Position numbers and translations under genes: made by a program. Shown piece by piece: positions 54,153-59,246 of a stretch of 59,246 nt of DNA (position 1 is the first letter of the stretch; each line of letters opens with the position of its first letter). The notes beneath the pieces are model-generated. The model ran no database searches. It saw only the letters and a program-made list of their open reading frames with translations, and was not told the DNA's origin. The stretch is from an uncultured Myxococcales bacterium (lineage in GTDB: Bacteria; UBA10199; 2-02-FULL-44-16; JAAZCA01), in the NCBI GenBank assembly GCA_964480565.1, contig CAYZSU010000001.1, positions 1 through 59,246 on the forward strand, given 5' to 3'.

Positions 54153-55622
54153 ATGGGTCTTCGAATTAATACTAACGTAACAGCATTAGCTGCCAGACAC
54201 AAACTGATGAAGTCCAGTAAGAAATTGGCTACTTCATTGGAACGGCTATCATCCGGTTTGCGGATCAATAAGGGGTCCGATGATGTGGTTGGTTTGTTGA
54301 AGTCCGAATCATTGCGTAGTTCGGTTCGCGGCATTGGTATTGCGGAACTCAATATTTCCAACGGTTTGAATATGTTAGGTGTGGCAGAGGGTACATTGTC
54401 TGAATTGACATCTCTTGCCCAATCCATTCGCGAAAAAACAGTGCAAGCAGCGGATGCCACCATTTCATCTCACGATCGTGGTAATATTGAAACAGCCATT
54501 AACGATTTACTCAATGAATACAGTCGCTTGTCATCTGGCGCTGCATTTGATGGAACCAAATTGCTTGATGGTACATTTTCAAGTAAGACATTCCAAATTG
54601 GTCCAGATCGAGGAAACTCTCTGTCATTGAGCATTTCCGATGCACGTTCCAGCTCCATTGGTGAAGTGGCTGTGTTTACATCCGCAGTGCGTAGTGCCAA
54701 TGGTGACTCTGCAAATGTGCCAGATTTTACAGATTCCGGTGCTTTGACTATTGCCGGTACCACAATTTCTGGGTTTACCAGTGATGGTGTTTCCAATGTA
54801 GCAGCAGATGATAGTGCGCTTGCCTATGTAACTGCGATTAATAATCAAAGTGGTGTGACTGGTGTGAGTGCAACAGTAAATACCAATGTAACGACAATTA
54901 CATATGAAACCACAGGTAGTGCCGTAGGACTTGGTGCCTCAGATAAGTTTATCCTTAATGGTGTGACATTCACTGGAACCGCATATAACTCTACAGATAC
55001 GGGTGTAACAAACTTTGCAGCAGCTCTAAATGCCAAGTCCACAGCGACTGGTGTGACAGCAAGTGTTGTTAGTGGTTCAGATAAATTGGTATTGAGTGCC
55101 ACAGATGGCCGAAATATTGATATTAAAGCCACCGCCAATAGTGGTTTTTCTGCGAATAATTTCTTTGCAGCTGGTTTTGCCTCTTATGATGATAGTTTGG
55201 CATTTCGTGGCACATTTAAATTAGAAGCGGATGAATCATTTGCTATCACAGGTGGTAGTAATATTCACTCAGCAGCTACAGCTACAGCTGGGTTGGATTC
55301 AAGTACGACATTGGATCAAATATCTGTGACCACATCAAGTAATGCTGGAAGTGCCATTGATATTTTGGATAATACAATTCGTCATTTGCAGGAACGTCGT
55401 TCAGATGTGGGTTCTAAGATTATTCGTATGGAAGCTGCGGAGTCCGAGCTTCAGATTCGAAAAGAGAACTTGATGTCCGCAGAATCACGTATTCGTGACG
55501 TGGATGTGGCATCTGAAACAGCGAACATGACCTCTGCACAGATTTTGCAGCAGGCAGGTATTGCTGTGTTGGCACAAGCCAACTCCTTGCCTCAGGTGGC
55601 TCTATCCTTGTTACAAGGGTAA
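54153..55622 (+). CDS. fliC: Flagellin
   Basis: MGLRINTNVTALAARHKL...LERLSSGLRINKGSDD and C-terminal IRDVDVASETANMTSAQILQQAGIAVLAQANSLPQVALSLLQG. Ser/Thr-rich centre with two Flagellin_IN-like motifs (AINNQSGVTGVSATV; ALNAKSTATGVTASV). Confidence 0.96.
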   Translation: MGLRINTNVTALAARHKLMKSSKKLATSLERLSSGLRINKGSDDVVGLLKSESLRSSVRGIGIAELNISNGLNMLGVAEGTLSELTSLAQSIREKTVQAADATISSHDRGNIETAINDLLNEYSRLSSGAAFDGTKLLDGTFSSKTFQIGPDRGNSLSLSISDARSSSIGEVAVFTSAVRSANGDSANVPDFTDSGALTIAGTTISGFTSDGVSNVAADDSALAYVTAINNQSGVTGVSATVNTNVTTITYETTGSAVGLGASDKFILNGVTFTGTAYNSTDTGVTNFAAALNAKSTATGVTASVVSGSDKLVLSATDGRNIDIKATANSGFSANNFFAAGFASYDDSLAFRGTFKLEADESFAITGGSNIHSAATATAGLDSSTTLDQISVTTSSNAGSAIDILDNTIRHLQERRSDVGSKIIRMEAAESELQIRKENLMSAESRIRDVDVASETANMTSAQILQQAGIAVLAQANSLPQVALSLLQG

Positions 55623-55644
55623 GTGTTTTTTACAGGTACTTTTC

Positions 55645-55676
55645 AAAAAACCCCTTCCAAAGGAAGGGGTTTTTTT
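55645..55676 (+). terminator. Rho-independent terminator of the flagellin gene
   Basis: AAAAAACCCCTTCC-aaa-GGAAGGGGTTTTTTT. Confidence 0.9.
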
Positions 55677-55698
55677 ATAAGTAGATTTGCCGGTATGG

Positions 55699-55731
55699 CA
55701 CCGAAAATGGGCGTTTTCAAGATCACTCCCC
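55699..55731 (+). repeat. Dispersed intergenic repeat, short form
   Basis: CACCGAAAATGGGCGTTTTCAAGATCACTCCCC matches the CGAAGATGGGCGTTTTTCAACA..CCCC core. Confidence 0.6.
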
Positions 55732-55765
55732 TTGACGTAATGACAAAAAAGGATCACAAACACGC

Positions 55766-56908
55766 ATGTCTCATTTGATATCTATTATTCCACAGGAAAA
55801 ATATCAATTTCGTGAAACAGTGAATAATATTATGTCTGGGCTAAATAATATTCATTTTAATCTTCACCAATTATCAAATAAACGCGTGCTTATTAAACCC
55901 AATATGATTGGGCCCTTTTCACCAAATGTCGCTGCAACCACACATCCAATTGTTGTTAAAGCGATTATCGAGATTGTGCAAAATCATGGTGGAACTGCAT
56001 GTGTTGGGGATAGCCCGAGTGGCGTGTATTCATTGGATCATACATGGATTGTAACTGGGATAAAAGCCGTATGTCAGGATATGGGCGCGGAAATGATTTC
56101 CTTTGAAGGCGCTGGCAGCGATGATTATGAGGGTTTGCTTATTTCAAATGCAGCGATGAATGTGGATATGATGATCAATGTGCCTAAATTAAAAACTCAT
56201 AGTTTAACATTGATGACTGCGGGGATTAAAAATTTGTTTGGTTGCGTGAGTGGCATGCTCAAACAGCGCTATCACGTGCGTTATAAGAAGATACATGATT
56301 TTTCAGGTATGTTAGTGAAATTGGCAAATAGTATTTCACCGCAGCTGACCATTGTGGATGGAATTGTGGGTATGCAGGGAAATGGACCATCGGCAGGCCA
56401 GCCCATAGATGTCGGCCATATCATTATTGGGGACCATGTTTTTGCAACGGATTATATTGCGGCACAAGTGATGGGTATTGCACCATCTGATATTGAGATG
56501 CTCTGTATTGCCTGTGAGCAAGATGTATTGGAGGCAAAGTCCATTCAATTATGTGGGGATATAGCATCGATTCCATGCGTGCCCTTTGTATTGCCAATTA
56601 CGCAGCGAAAAAAATGGCGGACCTCCAAATGGCTGGAAGTGATAGTCAAGTGGCTATTTCAATATGTGTGTGCACGGGCTCATATCAATCATGTCGCATG
56701 TAAGCGATGCTATCTATGTGAAAAAGCATGCCCGGTGCAGGCGATTGGGCATCTGTCCGATCATCCACTGCAGATTGACTATGGTAAATGCATAGACTGT
56801 TTTTGCTGCCATGAAGTGTGCCCGCATTTGGCAATTGATTTGCGCGATAGTGGGTTGCTTAAGATATTACGATATTTAGGGTGGGAAAAGGAAAGGAATG
56901 GGAATTAG
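55766..56908 (+). CDS. DUF362-domain protein with a C-terminal 2x[4Fe-4S] ferredoxin domain
   Basis: VLIKPNMIGPFSPNVAATTHPIVVKAIIEIV (DUF362-like) and two CxxCxxCxxxCP motifs (CKRCYLCEKACP, CIDCFCCHEVCP). Confidence 0.7.
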   Translation: MSHLISIIPQEKYQFRETVNNIMSGLNNIHFNLHQLSNKRVLIKPNMIGPFSPNVAATTHPIVVKAIIEIVQNHGGTACVGDSPSGVYSLDHTWIVTGIKAVCQDMGAEMISFEGAGSDDYEGLLISNAAMNVDMMINVPKLKTHSLTLMTAGIKNLFGCVSGMLKQRYHVRYKKIHDFSGMLVKLANSISPQLTIVDGIVGMQGNGPSAGQPIDVGHIIIGDHVFATDYIAAQVMGIAPSDIEMLCIACEQDVLEAKSIQLCGDIASIPCVPFVLPITQRKKWRTSKWLEVIVKWLFQYVCARAHINHVACKRCYLCEKACPVQAIGHLSDHPLQIDYGKCIDCFCCHEVCPHLAIDLRDSGLLKILRYLGWEKERNGN

Positions 56909-57432
56909 TGCGACTTGATAGATATGCAATTATAAGTACGATAATGCTATTCATTGCGAATGGCATGATGTTCAGTGTCCATGCGCATACACATTTGGAT
57001 TGGGGCATATGTGAAAAACAGCGTATTCATTTGGATGATGGGGATTCATTTTCATGCGATAAGGAACCCATTCGAGTGCTTGGCATTGATACGCCTGAGA
57101 TTAAGCATCCGGATCATGGGATTATGAAGGATCAGCCATTTGGCCAAGCAGCAGCCAAGCGTACCAAAGAACTGATAACAGCAGCTAAACGTATTGTAAT
57201 TGTTCGTGGCGGTAAGGATCCGTATAATCGCACCTTGGCGCATGTGCTTATCGATGGTAGATTGTTGGGTGGAATTTTACTTAAGGAAGGGCTGGCCTAT
57301 GAAAATATCAGCCGATATGGGGATAATGGTTTGCCAGTATTTGCGCTTGAAATTATGGAAATTGCACGCATATCAAAAAAGCCTGCATTTATGGATCCGC
57401 ATCTATGGCGTAAGAAAAATAGAAAAAAGTGA
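56908..57432 (+). CDS. Thermonuclease (SNase) family protein with an N-terminal hydrophobic segment
   Basis: IRVLGIDTPEIKHPDHG...GQAAAKRTKELI...DPYNRTLAHVLIDGRLLGGILLKEGLAYE. Start is uncertain (GTG 56881, GTG 56908 or ATG 56944). Confidence 0.8.
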   Translation: MRLDRYAIISTIMLFIANGMMFSVHAHTHLDWGICEKQRIHLDDGDSFSCDKEPIRVLGIDTPEIKHPDHGIMKDQPFGQAAAKRTKELITAAKRIVIVRGGKDPYNRTLAHVLIDGRLLGGILLKEGLAYENISRYGDNGLPVFALEIMEIARISKKPAFMDPHLWRKKNRKK

Positions 57433-57558
57433 CATAGTTATTTTGAGGGTGGTTCTATTAATTTTCCCATGGGACTGCCCTCAAAATGGACAATTTGTGG
57501 GGTTGTTCAAAAACGCTTAAATTTTAGACTCTTGCAAACATGTGACTGGAAGGTGTCT

Positions 57559-57625
57559 GCGAGTACGTGAGGGTTGCGGGTGTAGCAGAAAACATCGAAG
57601 ATAGGCATTTTTCAATAACTCCCCC
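57559..57625 (+). repeat. Dispersed intergenic repeat, long form (second long copy)
   Basis: GCGAGTACGTGAGGGTTGCGGGTGTAGCAGAAAACATCGAAGATAGGCATTTTTCAATAACTCCCCC. Same orientation as 141-205. Confidence 0.7.
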
Positions 57626-57675
57626 ATAATAAACCATTGCACTGACTAAGATAGATATGATAGGGCAAATCCACT

Positions 57676-58665
57676 ATGATTATTGGAATAACAGGAAAAA
57701 ATGGCTCGGGCAAAAGTTCAGTGGCGCAATTTTTAATGGATAATGGATATGTTTACTATTCATTGTCCGATATTATTCGTGATGAATTGGAAAATGCTGG
57801 ACGCGATACGAGCCGTGAAAACTTAATTCAAATGGGCAATGATTTGCGTGCATCCGGTGGTGCAGGTGTATTAGCGGAGCACACGCTTAAAAAATTGCGC
57901 GTCAATGAATGTGCGGTGATTGATTCCATTCGAAATCCTTTTGAAGTGGAGCGCTTACGTATTCGTGAGGATTTTTATTTGATATCCGTGGAAGCAGATT
58001 CAGAAGTGCGTTTTTCGCGCTGTCAGAAACGAAATCGTGCAGGTGATAGCCAGAATTATGAAGTGTTTTTGGATGTGGAAGCGAGAGAAGCAGCCTCTGC
58101 AGATCCAACGACACAGCAGATGGATCGTACAGCTGAAATGGCAGACGCGGTTGTAAAAAATAATGGCACTGTGAATGAGTTGAACGAAAAAATTTCGCAA
58201 ATTATTCATACATTGCAGGCCCAACAATTAATGCCAGATTGGGATCCATACTTTTTAAGTATTGCCAATGCGATTTCCATTCGATCAAGTTGCAGCGAAC
58301 GAAAAGCAGGTATTGTGGTTGTGAAGGATCAAACTGTGATATTAACGGGCATGAGTCGATCATTTAACCAGGATGCAGAAAGCAATATTAGCGCGGGCTG
58401 CCATTGTTTCTCAGCTCATAATGCAGATCCAACATGTGTGTGTTTGGATGCAGAAGATGTGGCCATTGCATATGCGGCATCGTCGAGTATTTCTGTGAAG
58501 GGGTGTAGTGCGTATATTTCCCGCATGCCATCATATTCGTCTGTTAAACTGTTGGTGGCTTCTGGAATTTCTCGCATAGTCATTTTTTCAAATGAGATCA
58601 TGCCAGAGACCAGTCAGGATTTATTATTTAAAGCAAGTGTAGAATATCATATTGTAGCAGATTAG
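57676..58665 (+). CDS. P-loop kinase-like domain fused to a dCMP/cytidine deaminase-like domain with lost zinc ligands
   Basis: N-terminal IIGITGKNGSGKSS. C-terminal WDPYFLSIANAISIRSSCSERKAGIVVVKD fits the deaminase fold, but HAE reads DAE and PCxxC reads PSYSS. Confidence 0.7.
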   Translation: MIIGITGKNGSGKSSVAQFLMDNGYVYYSLSDIIRDELENAGRDTSRENLIQMGNDLRASGGAGVLAEHTLKKLRVNECAVIDSIRNPFEVERLRIREDFYLISVEADSEVRFSRCQKRNRAGDSQNYEVFLDVEAREAASADPTTQQMDRTAEMADAVVKNNGTVNELNEKISQIIHTLQAQQLMPDWDPYFLSIANAISIRSSCSERKAGIVVVKDQTVILTGMSRSFNQDAESNISAGCHCFSAHNADPTCVCLDAEDVAIAYAASSSISVKGCSAYISRMPSYSSVKLLVASGISRIVIFSNEIMPETSQDLLFKASVEYHIVAD

Positions 58666-58700
58666 TTTAATAGGTATCATTATTAGGAGTGAGGAAATCA

Positions 58701-59075
58701 ATGTCATCTCAAGCATCAAAAAAATTGGATATTTTTGATAATCCAAACAGTGAACGTCCCTATTTAATTTCCATGGAATGTCCGGAGTTTACATGTTTAT
58801 GTCCTGTGACCGGACAACCGGATTTTGCAACAATTCATATTGACTATGTGCCTGCAAAAAAATGCGTGGAGTTAAAATCATTGAAAATGTATTTATGGGG
58901 TTATCGCAATGACGGAGCATATCATGAAGCGGTAACTAATCAGATTATGGATGACTTGGTAGCAGCAATAGACCCTCAATGGATATGTGTGACAGGTGAT
59001 TTTATGGTACGTGGTGGTATTACCACTGCAGTGACTGTTACACATGGCATTAAGCCGGATTTGCAATTGCTATAA
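58701..59075 (+). CDS. queF: NADPH-dependent 7-cyano-7-deazaguanine reductase QueF (type I)
   Basis: ECPEFTCLCPVTGQPDFATIHIDYVP...ELKSLKMYLWGYRNDGAYHE. ATG behind AGGAGTGAGG. Confidence 0.94.
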   Translation: MSSQASKKLDIFDNPNSERPYLISMECPEFTCLCPVTGQPDFATIHIDYVPAKKCVELKSLKMYLWGYRNDGAYHEAVTNQIMDDLVAAIDPQWICVTGDFMVRGGITTAVTVTHGIKPDLQLL

Positions 59076-59134
59076 AAAAGAATCTTTTCATTGTGACTAA
59101 CGTTTGATAGACACATGCTGTAATATAGAAAATA

Positions 59135-59207
59135 GCGCTATTAGCTCAGCGGATAGAGCACCTGACTTCGGATCAGGGGGCCGGGGGTTCAAATCCTCCA
59201 TGGCGGG
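59135..59207 (+). tRNA. tRNA-Arg (anticodon UCG), 3' acceptor end corrupted by the terminal poly-G
   Basis: Hand-folded cloverleaf. Acceptor GCGCTAT, D arm GCTC/GAGC, anticodon stem CCTGA/TCAGG with loop CTTCGGA, T arm GGGGG-TTCAAAT-CCTCC. Position 72 mispairs (G-G) where the poly-G run begins. Confidence 0.82.
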
Positions 59208-59246
59208 GGGGGGGGGGCGGGGGGAGGGAGGGGGCGAAGCCGGAGC

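Noticed and set aside
54131-55138. Several 74-110-aa antisense and alternate-frame ORFs across the flagellin gene
   Set aside because: The repetitive Thr/Ser/Ala/Gly codon content of flagellin suppresses stop codons in other frames. None has a credible start context.
59208-59246. G-rich tract as a G-quadruplex or regulatory element
   Set aside because: It sits at the extreme contig end, is compositionally alien, and disrupts the tRNA acceptor stem. It is most simply a sequencing or assembly artefact.

Overview
AT-rich bacterial chromosomal segment dominated by a nearly complete flagellar supercluster with two flagellin-glycosylation modules. All calls come from reading the sequence and ORF translations; family similarities are from memory, and no database search was run.

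Layout:
- 1-5060: accessory-looking edge. It holds a RelB/RelE-type toxin-antitoxin pair, two orphan ORFs, decayed pdxT and pdxS, and copies of a dispersed repeat.
- 5103-26501 (+): flgBC-fliEFGHIJ-ylxF-like-fliK-flgDE-fliL, a 0.5-kb gap, then fliMNOPQR-flhBAFG-fliA.
- 26514-31495 (+): two tandem GT2+TPR glycosyltransferases, a TPR protein and a GT4 enzyme.
- 31546-36146 (-): secreted TPR protein, histidine-kinase-like protein and NtrC-type sigma54 activator.
- 36499-46225 (+): flgFGAHIJ-flgMN-flgKL-csrA-fliW-GNAT.
- 46233-53949: orphan coiled-coil protein, Maf, CMP-sugar synthetase, pyruvyl transferase, NeuB-like synthase, HAD phosphatase and methyltransferase.
- 54153-55622: flagellin, followed by DUF362/Fe-S, a thermonuclease, a kinase/pseudo-deaminase fusion, queF and tRNA-Arg(UCG).

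The window ends in a poly-G run that looks like an assembly artefact.

Main second-look items:
- Four near-identical sigma54 promoters. Two carry the palindromic box CCTAG-N6-CTAGGCA exactly 78 nt upstream.
- A CsrA-type GGA hairpin plus SD site in the flagellin leader.
- An atypical regulator module.
- A nonulosonate pathway that looks like the 9-phosphate type.
- GmaR-like glycosyltransferases embedded in the flagellar operon.
- A dispersed repeat family. Its long copies bracket the whole cluster, and an inverted pair brackets pdxS.
- Decay of pdxST.

motAB, fliD, fliS and che genes are not in this window. The gene order is the Firmicute/spirochaete/delta-like 'fla' type, but I cannot assign a taxon from sequence alone.
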